Origin: Octopus sinensis
Taxonomy: Eukaryota
Direction: 5' to 3'
Assembly (NCBI RefSeq): GCF_006345805.1
Contig: NC_043000.1
Span: 60,450,001 to 60,514,000 of the forward strand
Length of the DNA: 64,000 nt
The position numbers were made by a program, and so were the translations under genes. The notes under the pieces were generated by a model. The model was not told the DNA's origin, made no database searches, and was given only the letters and a program-made list of their open reading frames with translations. Numbering within the stretch: position 1 is the stretch's first letter; every line of letters starts with the position of its first letter. Positions 52,901-63,866 of the stretch are shown in pieces.

Positions 52901-54608
52901 GTGAGGTGGAGTACTGTAAAGGACGGATCACTCCCACAAAGGTAAGAGAGGCGTTAGCCGAGTGTGCCAGGGAAAAGTCGCCGGGGCTGAATGGTCTGCC
53001 CTATCAGTATTATCATTGTATGCTGGACTTGTTTGGAGATATACTGGCAGGCGTCTATGCAAACTGGCAACAGAATAGGAAGGTTCCCAGTTCTGTGAGC
53101 CGGGGAGTGATGACGCTGGTCCAGAAAAACTCGAGCAAGGGGGATAATATTAGCAATTACAGGCCCATAACTCTACTTAATGTAGAGTTAAAGATTTTGG
53201 CCAAGGTGTTAGCGAAAAGGTTGATGGCTGTTGTGGAGAAACTTGTAGGGAAGGCACAGACATGTGTAATCTCAGGCAGGTCAATCCAGGATAATCTTCA
53301 CCTTCTCTGCTACACTTTAGACAGGGTTGGGAAATTAGCTGGCAAAGGAGGGGCAATGGTCCATTTAGACTGAAGTAAAGCATTTGATAAGGTAGACCAT
53401 TGGTACCTAGCAGTGGTCCTCAAAGCAGCTGGGCAGGGCCCTGGATTTCGCAGGTGAATCTCCGCTATGTACAGTGGCATCAAGTCCACAGTCCAGATAA
53501 ACGGTTACCTGATGGAGCCGTTTTCGATCAAGTGCTCAGTTTGTCAAGGGTGTCTCTTGTCTCTGCTTCTGTACGTATTGGCTCTAGCGCCATTGCTGCG
53601 GAAGTTGGAGAAGTTGGGAAGCAACCCTAATGAAATTGGATGCAGTAAGTCTGTTTCTGCTTATGCGGATGACGTCACCTTCATCATGTCTAACAAAGCA
53701 CAGCTACCTTGTGTAGAAGATGTTCTCAGAAGATACAAAGCAGTGGCAGGGGCAAAAGTTAATAAGGACAAGTCCATCGGCTTGCGCCTCAGCACCTGGA
53801 GGAGCAAGTCGATATCGTCCACTTTTGTGAGTCACTGGACAGATGTTAAGTTGCTTGGAGTTAGGTTTGGCCCAGACTCTCTGATGGAGAAGAATTGGAG
53901 CGAGGTGGCAGACAAGGTAGAGGCCATAGTATGGAAGTAGTCCGGAAGGGCTCTGACCTTGAAAGGAAGGGTGAGGTGATACAGGTGTTTATGGCATCTG
54001 TAATCACTTACTGCCCGACCATTGTCCCTTGCCCCGATTCATGGCTAAACAAGTGGAAACGACTCCTTTTCCGCTTTTTGTGGAAGGGAGGAAAGCCACT
54101 TGTAAGGCACTCCATTTGCTGCCAGGAACCGTTAAAGGGCGGGCTGGGAATGCCTTGGTTAATGATGTGCGGACATGTGTTGAGGCTGAGACATCTCTGG
54201 AGAACTAGAATGGAAGGTTTCGTGACAGGTTCCTTCGTCTCTGGCCCAGGTTTGTTAACCTACTTCAGATACCATCTGAAGAGCAAGATGGGGTTGGAGA
54301 GGAAGACCCTGCTGCTAAGAGAGTATGAGAAACGGAAGGATGTGATGAGAAAGGTGGGTGTCAGTAAACCCAGCTTGTTCATCAATGAAAGGAAAATGTT
54401 AGTTGCTGGGTCTTACAGGCTGCTGGGTATGAAGTTTGAACTTGCTTCTTTTATTTCTTTTATTTTCTTTTTTAAGAAAAAGGATACGTTAAAAGTTAAG
54501 TCAATCATATATATTATATTAAAATTTTTAAACGTTCATTTGAACTCAACATTTTTGTAATTGTAATGTCCCATCTGTGTACTGATTGTATAATCATAAT
54601 AAAGAATT
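49944..54608 (+). mobile_element. Tx1/L1-clade LINE, near full length, decayed, with 19-bp target-site duplication
   Basis: ORF1 remnant with zinc knuckle CFKCGQKGYVRS*C (50925-50966). ORF2 from 51632 with AP endonuclease (LGCVNVHG...VAIATES), then KSPGLNGLP, NYRPITLLN, SKAFDKVDH, YADD. AATAAA near 54598. TSD CACCTCTAGCT(G/A)AACAATT at 49925-49943 and 54609-54627. Confidence 0.93.
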
Positions 54609-54629
54609 CACCTCTAGCTAAACAATTAT

Positions 54630-54674
54630 TCTGTGCTGATGAAGGGAAATAACCAGGAAATTGCAATACATAGA
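54630..54674 (+). ncRNA. Minimal type I hammerhead ribozyme motif
   Basis: Stem I UCUGUG/CAUAGA, core CUGAUGA, weak stem II AGGGAAAUAACCAG, GAAA, palindromic stem III AUUGCAAU, AUA triplet (cleavage after 54668). Confidence 0.75.
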
Positions 54675-55130
54675 TATTGTTTTGAGCTGAGTGGGGATGC
54701 TAGATTCCCTTCTTTGAAAATATAAGGACACAGACTGTGATGAATAGCCAGCTGAAGATGATTGTCTCCTAGGGCTAAATTATAGTAACATTCATCCTAA
54801 ACCACGACTGCCATGTTATGTTGGCAAACAATCTTTACTCCAACTTATTCTTAGTTAAAAACTTCTTTTGCAGTTGCTTGGCTATGAAAATAGTGTCAGT
54901 AGTGCTTCTCCCCAGCACAAAGCCAAACTGCATTTCATCTAGCCTAATTCTGTTCCTAATTAATTGGGCTATTACTTTCTCTGTAACTTTTATACATACA
55001 TACATATATATATATATATTTATATACGTACATACATACTATCATTTAATGTCCACCTTCCATGCTGGCATGGGTTGGACAGTTTGACAGGAGCTGGCAA
55101 GGTAGAGAGAGAAAGAGAGAGATAAAAGAA

Positions 55131-55168
<38 letters not shown>

Positions 55169-57028
55169 AGTGGAAATCAAACTGGTGAATGTGTTAGATA
55201 ATAAGGTATTAAGACAATCTAACTCTCCCCAGACTCAACAAGATAAATAGGTAACTATATGATTAGTAAATGCAGATACAAGTTCATATGAGTTCAGATG
55301 CATATGCATAAGTCAATGAATTGCATAGTTGTAAATACAGGTAAAGATGGATAGACACAAAAAAAAAGATTGAAATAGATAGTGGGGGACAGATGCTTAA
55401 ATGAACACAAACAGATTGCATTATAGTTTAGTGAAATATATATATATACATATATATAGATATTTCAATGTATGAGTGTATACATCAGAGATCAGTAATA
55501 CTTGGTAATAACAAAGAGTATTATCAACACTACATTAAATATTTTTCACTCCTGGTCATTTTTTTTTCATCTTGCTTATAAGCAAAGTTTTTTTTACATA
55601 TGTGAGAAAAATATTTTGTGAAAATATGTGAAAAAAAAATATATGAGAAATAATATTTTGAAAATAAGCTGCTAAATGTGTACTTCTATTATTCTATTAT
55701 CAAAAGCCTTAAGTAGTTTATTTATTCTATATTTTGAATAACAATTTAAACTGAAGCAAGGAGAAAAACAAGAGAAGTTAAAAGCACTTACTTCTTTATC
55801 TATGTAGTAGCTAGGCATTAGAAAGGAAGTCCTTCACTGCTCTGAGAGCCAGTGTTATTTGCTATTTCGTGCTACTTATTGAAGTTTATCTGCTGTGTGT
55901 TGTCAATGAGAGAAACAAATGAAAATAGACATCAATTTTAAAGAGATTTTTGTTTTATATACATATTTATTTCTATTTCATACCACCATCTGCAGCTGAA
56001 GCTGTGACAGAGGGGAGGTAAACATCTGCCAATCTCTACTGCTAAATATACTATTCATCAAATGTCATAAAGGCTAAAAGGTCTAATATAAAATACAATA
56101 ATAATGAGAAAGTTAACAGACAGTTCTCTCTCACTCTCTATCTCTCTCCATTCCTGTTCTCTCTTTCATTTTTTTTTTAAACATTTTGTTTTATTGGAAA
56201 GCCATTAGGGGTAGGGGAACAGTTATGCAAATATTTTAAACTTGTCAGTCAGAGCTGGGAATAACTGAATGCGGTGATTAAGTTGAGATTTATTCATACC
56301 AAAAAAAAAAAAGAAAAATTATATTATGTAAAAGTATTCTTGATGATGATGATGATAAAAAGGAAGATAGTACTAATGATGTCATAGTGAAAAAGGTATA
56401 AGATTAAAATAGGTAAATTAAAATAATTTCTCTTTACTAAGATTAAAAGCTCCATCTTAAAGAGAAAATTCTATATTTTTTGACCACTGATGGAAGTGGG
56501 TATTAGTTGATACTATTGACCTTGTACTTGAGTAGTACATTACTTAATCAACCTAAAAAAAAATGAAAGCAAAATTAACCTCAGCATGGTTTGAATTAGG
56601 AATATAAAACATCAGAAGAAATACCTCAAGGCATTTTCTCCAAAGCTCTAATGATTATGCCATAAAGAAAATAAAATGAATTAGAGAAAAACAATGACAA
56701 TTTTTGTAAGCAACATGCATTTGTATCTGTTTTTTCTTCATTTTTTTATATCACTTTTGCAACATTACAACTAAGTTATCTCTTAAATAATTATTTCTCC
56801 TGAAGGCACAAGGCCTGAAATTTGTGGGGAGGTGAGTAGTCTATTACATGACCCCCAGTACTCAACTAGTACTTAATTTATCAACCCCGAAAGGATGAAA
56901 GGCAAAGTCGACTTTGGTGGAATTTGAACTCAGAACATAAAGACGGACAAAATGCCATTAAGCGTTTTGCCCACTGTACTAACGATTCTGCCAGCTCACT
57001 GCTTTAAATCTTTTAAATAATAAACAAC

Positions 57029-57898
57029 GACAGAAGCATAGCTATGCAGTTAAGAGGTTCTTTCCAAACCACATGGCTTGGGTTCAGTCCCACTGCATGG
57101 CATCTTGAACAAGTGTCTTCTACTATAGACCCAGGTTGGCCAAAGCCTTTATAAATGGATATGGAGGATGGAAACTGCAAGAAGTTTGCTCCCTAACCAC
57201 ATGGCTTTTAGATTGGAGCCTGGCGGCAAGGTTTCTACAGCTTGATGCCCATTCTAACACCAACCACTCCAAGAATGGGTGCTTTTTACGTGCCACCAGA
57301 ACAAGGCCCAGTCAGGTGGTTCAGGCATCAACCACGCTCGAATGGTGCTTTTTACGTGCCACTGGCACAACACACACACACACGCATTCATTCATGTTTT
57401 CTTTTGTTTCAGTCATTAAACTGCAGCCATGCTGAGGCACAATATTGAAGAATTTTAGTCAAACAAATCACCCCTACTACTTATTTTTTTGTAAAACCTT
57501 GCACTTATTCTATTAGACTCATTTGTCAAACTGCTAAGTTACAGGGATGTAAACATACCAATAGCAATTATCAAGCAATGGTGAAGGACAAGCACATACA
57601 CAAAGACACACACACATATAGATATAATATATATCTATGACGGGCTTCTTTCAGTTTCCATCTACCAAATCCACTCACAAGCCTTTGGTTGTCAAGGCCA
57701 CACAGTAGGACTGAACACAAAACCATGTGGTTAGGGAGCAAACTTCTTTCAGTTTCCATCTTCCATATCCATTTATAAAGGCTTTGGCCAACCTGGGTCT
57801 ATAGTAGAAGACACTTGCTCAAGATGCCATGCAGTGGTACTGAACCTAAGCCATGTGGTTTGGAAAGAACCTCTTAACTGCATAGCTATGCTTCTGTC
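57029..57898. repeat. 176-bp inverted duplication of a SINE-derived junction (~97% identical)
   Basis: 57029-57204 vs 57723-57898, about 6 mismatches by eye. Confidence 0.85.
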
Positions 57899-58359
57899 AT
57901 GGTGCAGCTTTCTGGCTTGCCAGTCCATAGTCAAACCGTCCAACCTATACCAGCATGGAAAGCAGACATTAAACAATGATTTATGTATGTATGCATATGA
58001 GCATGTGTGTTACCTTGTTCTGATATCACACAGTAATTGTGAACAAGTGTCATCATTATACAAAGTGTCCCTCATTTCCATTCTTCTATGAAAACATTTT
58101 TGGTCATGGAGTAATATAGTCTTGCTTGGAAATAGATGAAAGTTGGTGACAGGAAAAGCATCCAACTGCAGAAAAATCTATGTCAACATATTTTGTCTTT
58201 CCCATGCAAGCAAGGAAATATAAATGCTAAAACACTGCTGCCATCAGCAATAGACATTTGTTATAAACCCAAAGTGGAATATCTAAGTTTAAAAGATTTT
58301 AATCAACTAAAAATACAGTAATCTACAAACAAACAAAGATTGTTAAATTGTAAGCAAAA

Positions 58360-58515
58360 CTAAACTTCGACGCAATAACAGTTTTATGCAGTGAGTTGCT
58401 ACAGTCTTGACAAACTAAAATCTAACACTGAACACGTGCTGTAAACAGAACAGAACTATGCGCAGTTACACTGCAGGCAAATAACAGCAATCAAGACAAT
58501 CAAAGTCACGTGATC
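58360..58515. promoter_or_regulatory. Possible promoter-like CpG-retaining patch with two CACGTG E-boxes
   Basis: aacacgtgct (~58433), gtcacgtgat (~58506) and tgcgca; about 5 CpG in 150 bp in a CpG-poor background. Confidence 0.25.
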
Positions 58516-59176
58516 AAAACTAAAATCACAACAACATTAAAACACTGCTGCCATAAGCAATGGACATTAAAACACTGATGGCAAGGACAAGAGCAGCCAA
58601 ATCTTCTTTCAAATCACACTATTATCTCAGAAAGGAAAATTCCTCAGATAATGACAGCCAAAGTGCACTGTGCCAAGAAGAAAGACAAGATAGTCACAGC
58701 TGGAATGCCTTTGATCAAAAGTTCTGCACAAACAAGGATGACATGGAGCTAAACAATTATTAGCAACTACAGAACAATAAATGAAAAATATCAGCTAACT
58801 GTATTGAACATTTGAAGTATACACGAGCGCAAGCAAGTTTGATCCCACAAACTCAGATCAACTACAATATTAAAAAATTTGGCAAAGAGAATTTGTGCAG
58901 AAAGCCTATTGGAAAAATCTACATAATCCTTTCTGCTAAAAGCACAAGGCCTGAAATTTTTGTAGGGAAGGCACAAGTTGATTAGATCAATCACAGTGCT
59001 CAGCTGGTCCTTATTTTACTGACTCCAAAAGGATGGAGAGCAAAGTTGACCACAGTGGAATTTAAACTTGGAATGTAATGAGGGATGAAATGCTGCTAAG
59101 CATTTTGTCTGGCATGCAAATGAACCTGCCAGTGTACCATCTGGGATGTATCTATATAATATTAAATATATATTAT

Positions 59177-59698
59177 AAATATTGAATTTCTAAATGTCTC
59201 AGAGAGACATGAGCGGTGGTGGAGCGATATAGTGGTTGTAAACTGTCAACTCAACGTGACAGGAAACGTCGATGTTTCCTAGGGTTAAATGATGGTGGTG
59301 TAATTCCCTTACAAGACTGTCACGTTGAGTTGACAGTATACAACCACTATATCACTCCACCACCACTCATGAGACATTTAGAAATTCAATATTTCTAATT
59401 TTGGTGATCAGTAAATAAATTTTACTGAAAATAGGATATATTTGCAGAGAGGTTGCAGTCATCTCAGCGAGCGAGGCAGGCTACCCTGAACTGATGACGA
59501 GCAATACACTCAGAAACATACGTCTTCAGGTGCTGAGTCCCAGCTGGCGGGAGTGATTGCCTCCCCTTTGCAAATATAAGGACACAGAAAATGTGTCAAA
59601 GCCAACAGGAAACGTCAATGTTTCCTAGGGCTAAATGGTGGTGGTGTAATTCAGTTACGGGACTATCACATTGAGTTGACAGTATACAACCACTATAT
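59177..59698 (+). mobile_element. Non-autonomous Penelope-pLTR/retrozyme-like element
   Basis: Inverted arms 59177-59262 / 59317-59394; 94-bp direct repeats 59259-59352 / 59605-59698 (346-bp period); hammerhead between them. Confidence 0.65.
59485..59530 (+). ncRNA. Minimal type I hammerhead ribozyme motif
   Basis: Stem I CCUGAA/UUCAGG, core CUGAUGA, stem II (C)GAG-CAAUACA-CUC(A), GAAA, short stem III A-C-AUAC-G-U, cleavage triplet GUC after 59524. Confidence 0.85.
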
Positions 59699-59715
59699 TA
59701 AAAATATATATATAA

Positions 59716-59752
<37 letters not shown>

Positions 59753-59784
59753 CAACCCGGAGTTATTCTTGTTGCTTATTTTGG

Positions 59785-59815
<31 letters not shown>

Positions 59816-60439
59816 TTGGTGAATGATAGAATCAGTGGAACAAAAGACAAAATATTTTGTGGTATTTGCTTACGTTCCTTTATGTTCTGAACTTAGCTCC
59901 TACCCAGGACTGCTTTGCCTTTCACATTTTTGAGACTGATAAATGAATATTGAGGTGAAGAGGGGAAATCTATGTAATCGACAAAAATGCAAAAGGCAGT
60001 ACCCAGTTCAACCACATCTAATGATTGAAACCAGTAAGAGAGAATCAAGATTTTCAGATATGGCGCAGGGAGAGTATAGTACAGCAAGACTATAAAAAAA
60101 AAATTATATAAGAGGAAATAGAGAAAATACCTTGTCTGATATACATACAATAGATAAATCTGACATGCTAAAGATGGAGAAATGCAACCATACTGTTAAA
60201 GTTATTAAATTGATAATTAAAAATAAGTGTATAAAAAACACTATCAGGATAAAGAAAGTTTATTTTTTCAATGGTGATCCTGAAATACATTTCACACTTT
60301 AAATGAAAATATTACTATTATTTATAGCTTTATGTGTGCCTTGGGAACCAATATTGCCAGAAACAATTATTTCATGTTCTCTTGTAGGTTCATAAAATTC
60401 TCACATCAAGAATATTATTTTTTATTCTACAGAATTTAC

Positions 60440-61366
60440 CATCTGATCTTTTTGTGAGATGCTTCAGCCTGGAAATTTATTTGGAGAAGTGGTCTTGACC
60501 ACTTGTTTTAGCTGGAATGAGATATTTGCAAACTTAGTTGTACCAAACACTATTCACTGGCAGTACCATGACAACACGGTAAAGCTGGATAAAGTAAAAT
60601 GATAAAAAGAAGTGAAAATAACCAAAATGAATGAGATACCTGTAATCAGATGGCTTTGAAACAGTCTCTCTGTCCTCCATAGGGTTCTTGATTTGTTTAA
60701 GAGAAGTAGCAAACTAAGACAGAAGCAGAAACCAGACAGAACCCCCAAATTATGTAATGAAAATTGTATACATGTCCATGCACATAAGAGAATATGTATG
60801 TACATATTTATATGATGTGTGTGTATAAGTTTGCATATATGTGTGCGAGTGTGTGTATATATACATACATACATACATACACACACACATATATATATAT
60901 ATAAATATACAGTTACATGTATTGAGTATTCTGTCTCCCATTTATACACATTTACATATTTTTTAAACAGACAAACACACACACACACCTATTCAGTTCT
61001 AGATTTTAATTTTAGCTTTGTTAAGTATCACTAGCTTGAATTTTGTTAGTGCTTACCATTTGTTGTTGTTACTGCAAAGGAGCTAGCAGAGGAAACACCC
61101 ACTCTGGCACCAGCTCTAAACCAGAGCTAGTACCATTATCAGCACAGCTGTAGTCACATAAAGGAAACTTTGTTGTAAATATAGCTACCATTTACATTTT
61201 AAAATCTGAAGAAATCTTTACAATAATGAACCTCATTCAGACATTGTGTCTCCACCAACAACATTTCACAATATAGCTCAGTTAAGTACCATAAATATCA
61301 AACTAGAAAGAGGCACCAATTTTACTGCTCCAAGAAGCAAATGACGTCAAATGAAGGCACAAGCAT
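60440..61366 (-). other. Cluster of candidate non-coding/uORF exons (61057-61366, 60640-60713, 60440-60584), possibly the receptor 5' UTR
   Basis: Pyrimidine tract+AG and GT donors (GTAAGC, GTATCT, GTAAAT) only; no transcript evidence. Confidence 0.3.
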
Positions 61367-63111
61367 CTAGAAAGGAAGAAAAAAAAAGTGTAAGGGATCT
61401 TCAGAGATTCCTAATTTGTTGAAGAATGGGCTAATCAGCTTTATTCTCATTAATTTCAATTTACATTTCTTACCCCGCAAAAAAATCGAAGTGTGTGTGT
61501 TTTGCCTTGGGCTCTTCTTGATGGTGTCATAAGGCATCATCATAACATAAGGTGTGTCTTGGCACAGCAAATTTGTAGAGTAAGAGAGAGAAGAATGAAT
61601 CCCAATACAGGCCAAGTACTTTATTTATGGACCTCAAAAGGATAAAAGGCAAAGTTGGGTTCAGGGGAGTTTGAACTTAGAGCACAGAGAGCCAGAATGG
61701 GTACTGCAAAGAAATCTACCTGATGGTCTAACAACAGTCAATTGGCAGCCTTATAAACACACACACACACACAGGTAGAGGCATGACTATGAGGTTGAGA
61801 AACTTGCTTCCCAACAATGCAGTCAAGCATTCAGTACCACTGAGTGGCACCTTGGGCAAGTATCTTCTTACTATAGCCTTGGGCTGACCAAGGCCATGTA
61901 AACGAATTTGGTAGATGGAAACTGTAAGAAGTCTATTGTGTGTGTGTGTGTATATATAAAACCTTGTTATTAAGATGATGTTTGAAACAAATTGGCATGA
62001 AATTTTCTAGGGAAATTTTATTCAGTTCTCTTTAAAACAAAAAGTTTGTGCCATTTAACCAAGGGCAGGTTGGTATCAAAGAGTTAAAGATATTTCAACT
62101 GTGATCATCCCATATTATTACAACTGCACAGAACTATATAATGTGTTATTTCCTTCTTTGAGCTGGTAAGGTGTAAATTTAGCAAGTGGATCACACCATG
62201 TAAAGTCTCACACACTGGTGGCTTGTCTTTCCTTCCCTTAATTTTTTATCACCTTTGCCTCCTCTCTTGCTTTAGTTCCAGTTCCCACTGAAACTGTCTT
62301 TGTTGTTCATGCACCTGCTGCGTGTTTCTACCATGAACTTTCTGTGTTTATACATTTTTTTAATATAGTTTTCAAGATGACAGATTCATTTATATAAATG
62401 TTTTGGTAAGGTATTCATTAGGTCAACAGTTTCAATGTCACTTGTCATTTGATTGAAAAAAAAACAAAAAAGGGAAAAGAAGAAAAAAAACCCCAACAAC
62501 ATCCTCTGCAAGTTTTTATCTAACTATTGTCAAGTGGCATTCAATATTCTGCTATTTCATAGTTCTGGTTGTCATCACCAGTCTTATATTACATCATTGT
62601 GGATTTTTTTTTATTATCATTCTTTCATATGTGGGTGTATGTAAAAAAATTGACTACAGGAACTGTATTAGGGAGTGGGGTGAGGGGGATAATACCAAGA
62701 GGAATCAAAAGATTAACAGAAAGAGCAACCAAGAGAAATCCTAACAAAAGACTAAGAAAAAGAAGTCTTATAAAAACTGAAAATGTCATAAAAGTAGACC
62801 TAAAGTATCTAGTGATGGTCTACACCAACATAAAAACAAAACAACCAAAAAACAAGAAAATAACAGGCTGGCAAGGACATCTCAATGTAGTTTTTCACCC
62901 TATTGCAAATAGCTAATTCTCTCTGAAATAACATCTTACACCAGTATTTCCTAAACTATTTTGCCCCTGGCCCCACTATAGCTTTCTCCAAAAATGTATC
63001 CCCTACAAGTAGTTGGGAAAAAACAATTTCATTTTTAATATTTTATCACAATTATTTATTACAAAAAAATATACTGGTAATTCTTTTATTAAGTATTGCG
63101 TTCAAGAAAAA

Positions 63112-63866
63112 AGTACATTATTGACAAGCAAAATAAAAAAGTGAGAAGTTTGTGCTATGGCAGATCTCCTTGATCTGAGGAGACAATTTTGTTAGCTTTA
63201 ACGGTAAATCACCGCATTTTATAATTTCAAGTCTGCTTCTCTTGGTTCAAAGTAAATTGTCAACAGTACTAAAGCTATACTCAACCAAAAAGGCTAAAAA
63301 ATAGAAAAAAAAATTATGGATCTCATGCCCCATGTTGGAAATCACAGCTTTACGCACTTTAAAAAAAAAAAAGCAGGGGACACATTGGATGATGTAGTTC
63401 TAGTAACATTCACTGACTCCAGTAAGGAAAAAAAAAACAAAAAAAAAAAACAATATGGCTATGGAATGATTGTCTTTAAGGTTAACCCTTTAGCAATCAG
63501 ATTAGTCTGGCAAATGTAAATCTTATTTATTCACATTGTTATGAATTAATCATGCATTATGTTGTAGCTTTGAGATTTTGATTATGGGATTTACTTTTAG
63601 TATAAGATTGTATGGTAGGTGTAAGAGACTGTATTTGGCCAGTTTTAACATAAAACAAGTAGAATATTTGGGCTGGATATGGCCTGTTAAACAGTTGACA
63701 ATTTACTTTGAGCCAAGATAAGCAGACTTGAAATTATAAAATGTGGTGATTTACAGTTGAAGCTAACAAAATTGTTTCCTCAGATCAAGGAGATCTGCCA
63801 TAGTCACCAGGCACAAGCTTCTCATTAAAGTGATTCAATTCTTTTTTTTCTTGTCAATAATGTACT
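63112..63866. repeat. Fold-back element with ~160-170 bp inverted arms
   Basis: 63112-63268 vs 63691-63866 (gcagatctccttgatctgagg / cctcagatcaaggagatctgc). Confidence 0.8.
63486..63690 (+). mobile_element. TTAA-flanked MITE, same family, nested in a fold-back element
   Basis: TTAACCCTTTAGC start at 63482; right end truncated. Confidence 0.7.

Larger units (their letters stand above)
49481..54845 (+). mobile_element. Penelope-pLTR/retrozyme-like element interrupted by the Tx1 LINE
   Basis: Inverted copy 49481-49742 and direct repeats starting at 49741 and 54776 (351-bp period after removing the LINE and one TSD). Confidence 0.65.

Noticed and set aside
62276-62405. Plus-strand exon-like segment (ctttag acceptor, GTAAGG donor); similar at 60433-60578
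   Set aside because: All frames stop or give no recognisable protein; no partner exons.
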